Assembly (NCBI GenBank): GCA_032128115.1
Contig: JAQBHB010000014.1
Span: 26,052 to 90,051 of the forward strand
From: Deltaproteobacteria bacterium
GTDB lineage: Bacteria; Myxococcota_A; UBA9160; SMWR01
Length of the DNA: 64,000 nt
Direction of reading: 5' to 3'
Below, in pieces: positions 28,954 through 37,869 of the stretch (the first letter of the stretch is position 1; every line of letters begins with the position of its first letter). Position numbers and translations under genes: made by a program. The notes beneath the pieces are model-generated. The model did no database searches. It was not told the origin of the DNA and saw nothing but the letters and a program-made list of their open reading frames with translations.

Positions 28954-30072
28954 ATGCGCCGCCACCTTTGCGTGTTGTCGCTCGCCGCCGCCCTCGCCGG
29001 CTGCTCCTCCGGGGAGATCATCAGCCAGTGCCAGGACGGCCCGGGTGCCCACGCCGTGTGCGGATTCCAGAACCCGGAAGACCTGGCGCCCCTTGACGAC
29101 GGCGCCACCCTGATCGTGAGCCAGTTTGGCGGCGCGCCCATGGACGGCAGCACGCCGGGCGGCCTGGTGGTCTTCGACATCGCGTCCGAATCGACCCGCA
29201 CGGCGTACCCGAGTGATCTGGACGTCGCCGCGGGTGATCTGGACCTGGCCGCCGCCGCGTCCGAAATCCGGGATGCCGACCCGGCCTGGGGAGACCCGAG
29301 CTGCCCCGGGCCCCCGGGCGCCGACCTCAGCCCCCACGGCATCGACCTGGCGCACGGTCCCGAGGCTGCGCAGCGGCTGTTGGTGGTGAACCACGGCGGC
29401 CGCGAGGCCGTGGAGTTCTTCCAGGTCACCGGCCGCGGCCTCCGCACCGACCTGCGCTGGCGCGGCTGCGCTCTGGCACCGGACGATTCGCTCTTCAACG
29501 ATCTGGTGAACCTGCCCGATGGCGGATTCCTCGTGACGCGCATGATGGACCGGGAGTCGCAGACGTGGGCGGCGCTGCGTTCGGCCGTGGGCGCCGACAC
29601 GGGCTTCGTCTACGAATGGCAGCCGGGCGCGGGATTTCGCCCGGTGCCCGGCACCGCGGGCAACCTGCCCAACGGCATCGAACTCTCGGCCGACGGCCGC
29701 GAGATCTACCTGAATCTCTACGGAGCGGGCCAGGTGCGCCGCATCTCCCGCGACACCGGCGAGCTTCTCGCAAGTGTCGAACTCCCCAGCCCCGACAACC
29801 TGAGCTGGGCTCGCGACGGCCGCCTGTTGGTCGCCAGCCACGGCGGTGGTCTCGGCGACCAGATCCAGTGCATCCAGATGGAAGCCGGCTCCTGCCCCCA
29901 GCCCTTCTCGATCGTGGCTCTCGACCCGGAGACCCTTGAAGCCGAGATCCTCTACGAAAACTCCGGCCCGCCCATGGGCGCCGGCAGCGTCGCCCTCGAC
30001 CTGGGCGAGCAACTCGTGATCGGCTCCTACGCCGGCGACCGCCTGCTCTTCGTCAAGCCCGAAGTCCGATGA
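28954..30072 (+). CDS. SMP-30/gluconolactonase/paraoxonase-like lipoprotein
   Basis: Lipobox LAGC; NPEDL, SPHGID, FNDL, PNGIELSADG, PDNL. Confidence 0.85.
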   Translation: MRRHLCVLSLAAALAGCSSGEIISQCQDGPGAHAVCGFQNPEDLAPLDDGATLIVSQFGGAPMDGSTPGGLVVFDIASESTRTAYPSDLDVAAGDLDLAAAASEIRDADPAWGDPSCPGPPGADLSPHGIDLAHGPEAAQRLLVVNHGGREAVEFFQVTGRGLRTDLRWRGCALAPDDSLFNDLVNLPDGGFLVTRMMDRESQTWAALRSAVGADTGFVYEWQPGAGFRPVPGTAGNLPNGIELSADGREIYLNLYGAGQVRRISRDTGELLASVELPSPDNLSWARDGRLLVASHGGGLGDQIQCIQMEAGSCPQPFSIVALDPETLEAEILYENSGPPMGAGSVALDLGEQLVIGSYAGDRLLFVKPEVR

Positions 30073-30112
30073 GTCTTCCGCGTCCCGTGGCGAGTACCTG
30101 TGGCGAGTGGTG

Positions 30113-31783
30113 TCATGGCCCTGTCCCGCTCCGTCTCACATAGGCCTCGAACTCTCCGAACAGGCCGAGCGACGAATAGGCGCTTTCGAGCGCCTGCGGC
30201 AGAAAGCCTTTGACACGAAGGTAGCGTGCGATCCCCAGGCCCTCGGGACAACGGCCACAGGTCTCCTTGGCGTTCACAAGGATGAGCTTCGGATGGTACC
30301 TGCGGACGTCCTCGCGCAGGTCCTCGAGAAACCTCTGCTCCTCGTCCAACCACCGGCTGTCGAGGCGGTGGCCAAGCGCGCTGCCCGGGGCGGGCTGCGA
30401 GAAGTGATAGAGCAGCGGGAGCGGAACGGTCGAGATGTAGCGCGTTCCGGCCCGTCGCTTGAGCTGAAGCAGCATCGGGAAGGCCGGGGACACCGAGCTG
30501 TTCAGGATCATGACCGAGTCGCCCGGCCGCGTGAACCGGACCACCAACTGCGCATAGGGGTGGTCTGCGGGCGCCGGCAAGCTTCCTTCCGGCCGTGCGG
30601 CGACTACGGCAGCGTACGCCAGCAACGGCAGCGTCGTGGCCCAGGCGGCGGCGGCGACCCCTGGGCGCAAGCGGTGAACCCTGCGCGGCCAGGATCCGAA
30701 CCGATCGCGTAGCAGGCCACCGATCATCGCCGAGCCCAGTGCGGCGAGCAGCAGGGCCCACAAGCGTGCGGGAACGCTGTGGTAGGACCACCCCTTGTGC
30801 TGAAGCAGGAAGACCGCGGCAGAACCCAGAATCAGCAACCCAAGCGGGCGGACCAAAGACCGCAGCCGCGTCTGTCCTCTCAGGGGCAGCGCCAGGAAGA
30901 CAACGGCGAGCAGCACTGGAGCCGTGAGCAGCCGCCCCGCCGCCCTCCACACTTCAGACATCGGTAGGTTGTAGGAGGCGTAGCCCCCTGCCAGCAGCGG
31001 CAGGTACCGAAAGAAGAAGGTCCGCCAGACGTCCCCCGGAAACGCGAACAGATGCAGGGCGAAAAGCAGCGTCGTCGCCGCTGCGGCGATGATCTCGGCG
31101 GCACACAGATGTTGGACGCGACGGGCGACGCTCCACCAGTAGAGATCGGGAATGAAGAGCAGCGGGAGGAAGAGCGGCGGTTTCATGCACCCAGCGATAC
31201 CTGCGAACACGCCGACGAGTGACGCGACGCCACCGGGGACGGTTCCGTCGTGGTGACGGAGCCAGCGTACGAGAAACCACGGAACGAGAACCAGCGCGAA
31301 CAAGTGCTCGCGTTGCCCGAACATGTACGTCGACATGACCCACGGGCTCGCCGCGACACCCAGGCTGAGTGCCCCGGACTCCCATGTTCGAAGCGGATCC
31401 CTGGCACGAGATGTCAGCGGTCGCACCGACCACGCCACCAACGCCGTCAGCAACAGGACTCCCAGCTTGGTCACCACAATGACGTTTGCGTCCAGAAACC
31501 GCGCAATGGCAACCGGCACGAGATGCAGATACCAACTCATCGGCGGGTTGGTTTCGAAGATGCTCACATACGGGAGCCGCCCCTCGAGCAGCAGCTCAGC
31601 CACGTGCAAGAGAGTCGCGGTGTCGTGGTTGACTTCGTACGGTCGCCGGATGACGCCCAGCGCCTGAGCGAGCAGGATGAGCGTGACCAGCGCCGGAATG
31701 AGAGGCAGTTGCCGCAGACGTGTCGGCGGAGGCACTACGAGGGCGAACTCCGCGGCAGCTGAGTCGGAACGACGGCCAGCCAC
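30113..31783 (-). CDS. Polytopic membrane protein, possible GT-C glycosyltransferase
   Basis: NHDTATLL..LLEGRLPY..FETNPP, FGQREH, MKP, QHKGWSYH; many TM helices. Confidence 0.65.
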   Translation of the reverse strand: MAGRRSDSAAAEFALVVPPPTRLRQLPLIPALVTLILLAQALGVIRRPYEVNHDTATLLHVAELLLEGRLPYVSIFETNPPMSWYLHLVPVAIARFLDANVIVVTKLGVLLLTALVAWSVRPLTSRARDPLRTWESGALSLGVAASPWVMSTYMFGQREHLFALVLVPWFLVRWLRHHDGTVPGGVASLVGVFAGIAGCMKPPLFLPLLFIPDLYWWSVARRVQHLCAAEIIAAAATTLLFALHLFAFPGDVWRTFFFRYLPLLAGGYASYNLPMSEVWRAAGRLLTAPVLLAVVFLALPLRGQTRLRSLVRPLGLLILGSAAVFLLQHKGWSYHSVPARLWALLLAALGSAMIGGLLRDRFGSWPRRVHRLRPGVAAAAWATTLPLLAYAAVVAARPEGSLPAPADHPYAQLVVRFTRPGDSVMILNSSVSPAFPMLLQLKRRAGTRYISTVPLPLLYHFSQPAPGSALGHRLDSRWLDEEQRFLEDLREDVRRYHPKLILVNAKETCGRCPEGLGIARYLRVKGFLPQALESAYSSLGLFGEFEAYVRRSGTGP

Positions 31784-31840
31784 ATGGCTTGCAGTCTATC
31801 CGATCTTGGCGAGCGCGTGCCCGAACTCGTCATCGCTTGC

Positions 31841-31893
31841 GATCTGGATGTCATCGTCTGGGTTCCATCGTCTGGGTGCCATCGTCTGGATGC
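31841..31893. repeat. 14-bp imperfect tandem repeat (catcgtctggRtKc) x3-4
   Basis: catcgtctgggttc / catcgtctgggtgc / catcgtctggatgc in a divergent intergenic gap. Confidence 0.85.
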
Positions 31894-32024
31894 CGTCATT
31901 GGGGTCGCCGATCGCGGCGCTGGCCTCCTGCTGCCAGGCGACCCTGCCAGGGACGCAAACTCCCGAGATCCTGGCTTTGAATCCGGTGGGTCGTAGCGCC
32001 GCGGCGGGCGGCATATCGGTGCCT

Positions 32025-32831
32025 ATGCGAGAATTGCGCGCTGTGCGTCCCCGCGCCGTCGACTGGATCTTCACGCTTCCGTTCCTGATCGCCTTCGCCG
32101 TGGTGCTGCTCGTCTTCGATCCATTGCAGCGCGTCGCACGCCTGTTCGGCCCGCGGCCCCAGGAAATCGTCGCCGGTTTGCTTCAGGTCGTACTGGTCGG
32201 AACCTTCCGGCTGGCTGGAACCCGGCTCGAGGTGGAGCGGTCACCCCTGGTGAGCCCGCACACCTCGTACATCTTCATCGCCAACCACCAGAGCCTGTTC
32301 GACATTCCGATCCTTGGGGCCCTGCTCTTCTCGAACTTCCCGAAGTACGTATCGAAGCGCGAGCTCGCGCGCTGGATCCCGAGCATCTCCTACAATCTGC
32401 GCCGCGGTGGCAACGCGATCATCGACCGCGGCGATCGCGACCAGGCCATGCGCGCGATCCGCGAACTCGGCGCCACGATCCAGACGCGGAAGATCTCGGC
32501 AGTGATCTATCCCGAAGGTACGCGCTCACGCCAGGGTGATCTCAGGCGCTTCAGGCCGGCGGGCACACTCGCGTTGCTCGAGGCAGCACCGGGAGCCCCC
32601 GTGGTGCCGATCACGATCGATGAATCCTGGCGGCTGCTGCGCTTCAACCTGCTGCCGGTTCCCTTCGGTACGCGCATCCGCGTGCGTATCGACCCGCCCA
32701 TCGCGCGGCGCAGCGACGAGGATCCCTCCGCCCTGCTACACGAGGTGCGTCAGCACATCGAGAAGACCCTCGCGGACTGGCGTCGGGAAGAGCTGGTCGG
32801 GCCGGGGAGATTCGAACTCCCGACCTCCTGA
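32025..32831 (+). CDS. Lysophospholipid (1-acyl-sn-glycerol-3-phosphate) acyltransferase, PlsC family
   Basis: ANHQSLFDIP, YVSKREL, IDRGD, YPEGTRS, PVVPITI. Confidence 0.92.
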   Translation: MRELRAVRPRAVDWIFTLPFLIAFAVVLLVFDPLQRVARLFGPRPQEIVAGLLQVVLVGTFRLAGTRLEVERSPLVSPHTSYIFIANHQSLFDIPILGALLFSNFPKYVSKRELARWIPSISYNLRRGGNAIIDRGDRDQAMRAIRELGATIQTRKISAVIYPEGTRSRQGDLRRFRPAGTLALLEAAPGAPVVPITIDESWRLLRFNLLPVPFGTRIRVRIDPPIARRSDEDPSALLHEVRQHIEKTLADWRREELVGPGRFELPTS

Positions 32832-32871
32832 CCCCCAGTCAGGCGCGCTAACCAGGCTGCGCTACGGCCCG
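32794..32871 (-). tRNA. tRNA-Pro(GGG)
   Basis: CGGGCCG-TAGCGCAGCCTGGTTAGCGC..CCTGA-CTGGGGG-TCAGG..TTCGAAT..CGGCCCG-A-CCA. Confidence 0.97.
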
Positions 32872-32990
32872 AACCGGGGGCAGAGGTAGCGGGTGTGGGG
32901 GCTCCTGTCTACGGGAGCGCCTGCGGGAAACGGGAGGCCCGGCGTGTGCCTTTGCTACGCTCCGCCCGCGTGTCCGGTCAGGAGGTTTGC

Positions 32991-33473
32991 GTGCCGGCAT
33001 CGGGAGCCCGTTCGCCGATCGTTCGCATCGAGATCCGGGTCGTCGTGGGAGAGAGCCTCATGGCCGCCTCCGACGATCCGCTGTTCCTGGGCCTTCGGGG
33101 CCCTGCGGGTCGCGAGTTCCGCCTCATGCCCGCCAAGGGCCAGGGCCTGCGGCGGGGAGCCGAAGATCGCTTCGTGCTCGGCGCCCCCGACGATCCCGCC
33201 ACCAACGTGGCCCACGCCGAATTCAACGACCCCACGAACCCGATCCTGGACGCCGAGGAAATCGAGACGCTGTATCTGCGCAAGGGCCACGAGCCCATCC
33301 CGAACGTGCGGGCCTTTGGTGAGATGGACGATCGCCTCGAGATCATCGAGGCCGCGGTCGAGATCTACACCCGGGGCGGTCCGAAACCGATCGGCTTCGT
33401 GCGCAAGGGTCCCATCTGGCTGGGACTCGTGGCCGGCCTGCGCTTCGAGATTCCCCGATCCCACGACGAATGA
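32991..33473 (+). CDS. Hypothetical protein with PLAT/LH2-like beta-sandwich pattern
   Basis: AGGAGG RBS; IEIRVVVG....AASDDPLFLGLRG..G....L.....LRRGAEDRF..IETLYLRK..IWL resembles the PLAT consensus. Confidence 0.6.
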   Translation: MPASGARSPIVRIEIRVVVGESLMAASDDPLFLGLRGPAGREFRLMPAKGQGLRRGAEDRFVLGAPDDPATNVAHAEFNDPTNPILDAEEIETLYLRKGHEPIPNVRAFGEMDDRLEIIEAAVEIYTRGGPKPIGFVRKGPIWLGLVAGLRFEIPRSHDE

Positions 33474-34102
33474 GCCTGCACCACCCGACGGCCCGAGCCG
33501 TCGCCGCCGCGAGCGTGGCCTGGATGGGGATGGTCGCACTGGGGCCTGCGGCCGCTGGCGACGGCATCGCTCCCGGCTCCTATTGTCGGCTGCCGGAGCC
33601 GGGCGAGGAGCCCGAGTGCCTCGATCCCGCCCGCCAGGAATACGGCGACTTTTTCTCGGCCCTCGCCGAGGGCCTGGTAGACGATCACACCGCCGCCCGG
33701 GTCGAAGCCGACGTGGTCGACGATGCCGACCCGGAGGGCGCCTACCTGGCGCTGTCGTCGCTGTCGTACGCCTACTATGTGTTGGCCCAGCGCATGGCGG
33801 CCGAGCCCGGCGCGGACCCGGCGCTGGTGGCCCGGCTGGAACGCTGGAACGGCGTGCTGGCCCGCGCCTTCGAGAGCAGCGCCGACGACCCGCGCTACCG
33901 CAACGCGGTGCGCGAAGCAGCCAGCGATCTCCACGGCCGTACCCGGGTGCGGGTGGGCTGTGTAGACGCCCGCGGCAACCCAGCCGAGTGCGATTCCACC
34001 GAGTCGGTGCTGCGCGGCTTCGACGCCACGTCCCACGACGTGGGGATCCGCGGCGCCCTCGAGCGGCTGATCGAGCGCATGAACGGAGACCCGAGCTCGT
34101 GA
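33470..34102 (+). CDS. Secreted helical hypothetical protein with four Cys
   Basis: ATGA overlap with the previous gene; signal peptide ..GPAAA; two Cys pairs. Confidence 0.65.
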   Translation: MSLHHPTARAVAAASVAWMGMVALGPAAAGDGIAPGSYCRLPEPGEEPECLDPARQEYGDFFSALAEGLVDDHTAARVEADVVDDADPEGAYLALSSLSYAYYVLAQRMAAEPGADPALVARLERWNGVLARAFESSADDPRYRNAVREAASDLHGRTRVRVGCVDARGNPAECDSTESVLRGFDATSHDVGIRGALERLIERMNGDPSS

Positions 34103-34650
34103 GCAGATTGCTTCGACGCATGTGGGGCGCCGCGCGTCTGCATGCCGACACCTACGAAGAAGTGGAAGCGGATCGGTCGGCTCTGGCCCAGGCGGTGCTG
34201 GTGGTGGTCGCGGCTTGTACGGCCATCGGATTCGCGCGCGCCGTCCAGGGCGCCCAGGCGGGGCTGCCCAGGGGGCCGCTGGGTTTCCAGGTGATGATCT
34301 CCGTGTTGGAGCCGCTGGTGCTGTGGGTCGGGGGGTCCGCCGTGTCCTACATGGTGGGCGCGTCGTTCTTCCGGGGACCCAAGACCCAGACGGACTTTGC
34401 CGAGGTACTGCGGACCACGGGCTTCGCCTTCACGCCGGCCGTGCTGCGCGGCTTCGCGTGGATCCCGCCGGCGGCCCTGGGGCTCAGCATCGACTTCGCA
34501 GCGCGCTTGTGGGTATTCGTCGCCGTGGTGATCGCCCTGCGCCAGGCCCTGGACTTCACCACCCTGCGCGCTGTCGGCACGTTCGGCACGGCTGCCGTGC
34601 TGCTCTACCTGATCGTGTGGGGGCTCACCGCGGCGCCGGTGCCACTCTAG
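34099..34650 (+). CDS. Yip1-like membrane protein
   Basis: GTGA overlap; TYEEVEAD..QAVLVV, VLRTTGFAFTP, ALRQALDF..RAV; about 5 TM. Confidence 0.78.
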   Translation: MSRLLRRMWGAARLHADTYEEVEADRSALAQAVLVVVAACTAIGFARAVQGAQAGLPRGPLGFQVMISVLEPLVLWVGGSAVSYMVGASFFRGPKTQTDFAEVLRTTGFAFTPAVLRGFAWIPPAALGLSIDFAARLWVFVAVVIALRQALDFTTLRAVGTFGTAAVLLYLIVWGLTAAPVPL

Positions 34651-35036
34651 AGCATCGCGCGGATCGACTGGAGCTCGTCGCGGATGCTCTGGTAACGGGC
34701 CCGGTGGTCCGTCTCCACGCTCAGCTTGCCCGATTCGAGCGCGTTGCCCGCGCCGAACTCGCGCAGCTTCTTGCGCGCGCCGGCGATCGTGAAGCGCTGT
34801 TCGTAGAGCAGCTTCTTGATCAACAGGATCATGTCGATGTCGCGGCGGCGATACAGTCGCTGCTTGGAGCGCGACTTCTGGGGTGCCATCCACCGGAACT
34901 CCGACTCCCAGTAGCGCAACACGTAGGGCTTGATCCCGGTGATGCGACTGACTTCGCCGATCCGGTAGTAACGCTTCTCCGGAGCCGCGGCCCCGTCGGC
35001 GTTCGAATCTCGCGACGGTTCCGTCGCCGTTGCCAT
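34647..35036 (-). CDS. MerR family regulator (ihfA-associated)
   Basis: KRYYRIGEVSRITGIKPYVLRYWESEF..QRLYRRRDI..FTIAGARKKL. Confidence 0.93.
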   Translation of the reverse strand: MATATEPSRDSNADGAAAPEKRYYRIGEVSRITGIKPYVLRYWESEFRWMAPQKSRSKQRLYRRRDIDMILLIKKLLYEQRFTIAGARKKLREFGAGNALESGKLSVETDHRARYQSIRDELQSIRAML

Positions 35037-35133
35037 GAAGCGCCCCCCCCGGTTGCGCAGATCGCCTGGCAGGCTCGATCGATCGGCTAGACACTAACCC
35101 AGAATGGGCCGAAGCAGAAACTCCAGCCGCGAC

Positions 35134-35442
35134 TCATCGGAGATCGGAGTGATCGCTGGCGCCCTCTTCCCCATTGAGGATGGTCTTTAGCACGAGACTC
35201 GGCTTGAAGGTAAGGACCTTTCGCGCCTCGAGCAGGATTTCCTGGCCGGTCTGGGGATTGCGCCCCTTGCGCGCGTTCTTGCCGCGCACCACGAAGTTGC
35301 CGAAGCCGGAGATCTTGACCTTCTCTCCTTGTGCGAGAGTTTCCTTGATCGTCTCGAACACCTTCTCCACGAGCTCGGCCGACTCTTTCTTCGAGAATCC
35401 CACCTGCTCGTAGATCTGCTCCACGATCTCAGCCTTCGTCAT
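35134..35442 (-). CDS. ihfA: Integration host factor subunit alpha
   Basis: MTKAEIVE..KVKISGFGNF..RKGRNPQTG..TFKPS; downstream of pheT. Confidence 0.95.
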   Translation of the reverse strand: MTKAEIVEQIYEQVGFSKKESAELVEKVFETIKETLAQGEKVKISGFGNFVVRGKNARKGRNPQTGQEILLEARKVLTFKPSLVLKTILNGEEGASDHSDLR

Positions 35443-35469
35443 GGTCCTTCGTTCCCTCCCGTGGGGATC

Positions 35470-37869
35470 TCAGCGAAGCTCGCCGCCAAACCGCTTGGCG
35501 AGCATCCGCACGACGCGATCGGTGACCTTGGTCACCTCCACATCCGTGAGCGTACGGTCCGGTTTCTGGAACACGAGTCGGAAGGCCAGGCTCACGCGGC
35601 CCTCCGGAATACCTTTGCCCTCGTAGCGATCGAATAGCTGCGCCGAAACCAGGTCGGCACCGGCCGCCTTGCGAATCGCCTCGAGCACTTCGCCTGCGGG
35701 TTGGCTGCGGGCAAGCACCACCGCCAGATCGCGCCGGACACTCGGGTGGCGCGAGATGTCCCGATAGCGGGGAGCCCGTTCCGGGAGCCTGCCGAGTGCC
35801 GTCAGGTCGACCTCGAGCAGCGCGCAGGGCACGTCGATCCGAGTTGCCGCCGCAACCTCGGGGTGAAGCTCGCCCAATGCGCCAACCTCCTGCTCGCCCA
35901 CCTGGATCACCGCCGCGGCCCCTGGATGCAGGTACGGGGGAACCGCGGTGTTTCGGAACGATGCCACATAACCTAGCTGGAACAATAACCTTTCTGCGAT
36001 CCCCCGGGTTTCGAAGAAGAGCGGCGCCTGGCTCGCCCACAGACCGGGCTCCTCGGGCGCCGTGAGCACGGCAGCGACCCACTGGGGCTCCTGGGGCAGC
36101 TCCTCGTCCCCCTGGGGCCAGAAAACCCGGCTCACCTCGAACAGCCGCACGGGATCCACCTGGCGGCTTCGATTCTGGCGCACCAGGCGCAGCAGCGAGG
36201 GCACGAGCGTGGTTCGCAGGGCGGGCTCGTCCTCGTGGGAGGGGTTCAGCACCCGCAGGGGACTCCGCCGAGGGTCGTCGTCGGCCAGGCGCAACTGCTC
36301 GAGTTCCGCGGGCGCCAGGAACGGGAACGAGACGGTCTCCATCAGCCCTTCGGCTGCCAGTGCATCCCGGGCGCGGTCGGCCCGCACCCAACCCGGGGGC
36401 AGGCTCACCGGGGAGAGCGACACGGTGGGCAGGGTGGCGGGGATGCGCTCGTAGCCGTGGATGCGCGCGACCTCCTCCGCCAGGTCCTGCGGGGTGTGGA
36501 GATCGTTGCGGTGAGAGGGGATGCGGCAATCCAGAACGCCGCGCGGGTCCTCCTGGCACTCGACCCCCACCCGGTCCAGCAGGGCCGCCATCTCGTCGGC
36601 CGAGAGCGAGATCCCCAGCAGGCGGTTCGCGCGCTCCACCTCGAAACGGATGTTCTCGAGCGGCGGCGGGGAGTCTCCGCGTGCGTCGACGGCTCCGTCC
36701 GCCACCTGCCCTCCCGCCAACTCCGCCATCAGGCGGGCCGCGCGGTCGGCCGCGCGCGCAATGCCCGCCCGATCCACCCCGCGCTCGAATCGATACGAAG
36801 CCTCGCTGTGGATGCCGTGCCGCCGCGCGCCCAGGCGAACCGAGGTCGGGTGGAAGTGGGCACTCTCGATCAGCACATCGACGGTCGTGTCGGTGACCTC
36901 GCTGTTGGCGCCGCCCATCACGCCGGCCAGGGCCACCGCGTGTTCGGCGTCGGCGATCACCAGATCGCGGGCGTCCAGGACCCGGTTCTGACCGTCCAGC
37001 GTCACGAGTTTCTCACCCTCGCGAGCGAGACGCACGCGGATCTCGGCACCCCTCAATCGCGACAGGTCGAAGGCGTGCAGCGGTTGCCCCAGCTCCAGCA
37101 GGACGTGATTCGTGATATCGACGATCACATTGATGGAGCGGATGCCCGAGGCCTCGAGTCGCTTCACCAGCCAGTCGGGCGATGGCCCCACGGTGACACC
37201 GCGCACCACCCGCGCCACGTATTGGTGACAGTCGGCGGGCGCCTCGATCGAAACCGAGATCGCTTTGGCGGCCGCTGCGCCCGCCTCGGGCGGCACGGTG
37301 TCGGGCAGGCGCACCACGCCCCCGAAGAGCGCCCGCACCTCGCGCGCCAGGCCAAGCACGGAGGCCGTGTCGCCCCGGTTGGGAGTGATGCCCACCTCGA
37401 TGCGCCGGTCAGCGGCGGAGATCACCTGGGGCAGCGGCGTTCCGATGGGCGCGTCCGCGTCCAGCACGAGGATGCCGTCGGCGTCGTCGCCCATGGCCAG
37501 CTCGGCGAGGGAGCAGATCATGCCCTCGGAGACCACACCGCGGATCTTCGAGCGCTTGAGCGTGCCGCCATCCGGCAGGCTCGCGCCCACCCGCGCCACC
37601 GCGACCTTCTGGCCAGCGGCCACGTTGGGCGCCCCGCACACGATTTCCAGGGGGTCGTCCTCGCCCACCGTCACGCGGCACAGGGAGAGGCGGTCGGCAT
37701 TGGGATGCCGGCCGCACTCGGTTACCAGGCCCACCACGATGGCCGAGAGATCCGGGCCCGGGTGCTCCACCACCACATCTTCGAAGCCGCCCATCTCCAG
37801 GCGATGGCAGAGCTCCGCCTCGGGCGGAAGCGCCACGAACTGTTCCAGCCAGTCCAGCGACAGCTTCAT
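35470..37869 (-). CDS. pheT: Phenylalanine-tRNA ligase beta subunit
   Basis: MKLSLDWL, IVCGAPNV, ITPNRGD, ELGQPLHAFD, SYRFERGVD, LFDRYEG. Confidence 0.98.
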   Translation of the reverse strand: MKLSLDWLEQFVALPPEAELCHRLEMGGFEDVVVEHPGPDLSAIVVGLVTECGRHPNADRLSLCRVTVGEDDPLEIVCGAPNVAAGQKVAVARVGASLPDGGTLKRSKIRGVVSEGMICSLAELAMGDDADGILVLDADAPIGTPLPQVISAADRRIEVGITPNRGDTASVLGLAREVRALFGGVVRLPDTVPPEAGAAAAKAISVSIEAPADCHQYVARVVRGVTVGPSPDWLVKRLEASGIRSINVIVDITNHVLLELGQPLHAFDLSRLRGAEIRVRLAREGEKLVTLDGQNRVLDARDLVIADAEHAVALAGVMGGANSEVTDTTVDVLIESAHFHPTSVRLGARRHGIHSEASYRFERGVDRAGIARAADRAARLMAELAGGQVADGAVDARGDSPPPLENIRFEVERANRLLGISLSADEMAALLDRVGVECQEDPRGVLDCRIPSHRNDLHTPQDLAEEVARIHGYERIPATLPTVSLSPVSLPPGWVRADRARDALAAEGLMETVSFPFLAPAELEQLRLADDDPRRSPLRVLNPSHEDEPALRTTLVPSLLRLVRQNRSRQVDPVRLFEVSRVFWPQGDEELPQEPQWVAAVLTAPEEPGLWASQAPLFFETRGIAERLLFQLGYVASFRNTAVPPYLHPGAAAVIQVGEQEVGALGELHPEVAAATRIDVPCALLEVDLTALGRLPERAPRYRDISRHPSVRRDLAVVLARSQPAGEVLEAIRKAAGADLVSAQLFDRYEGKGIPEGRVSLAFRLVFQKPDRTLTDVEVTKVTDRVVRMLAKRFGGELR

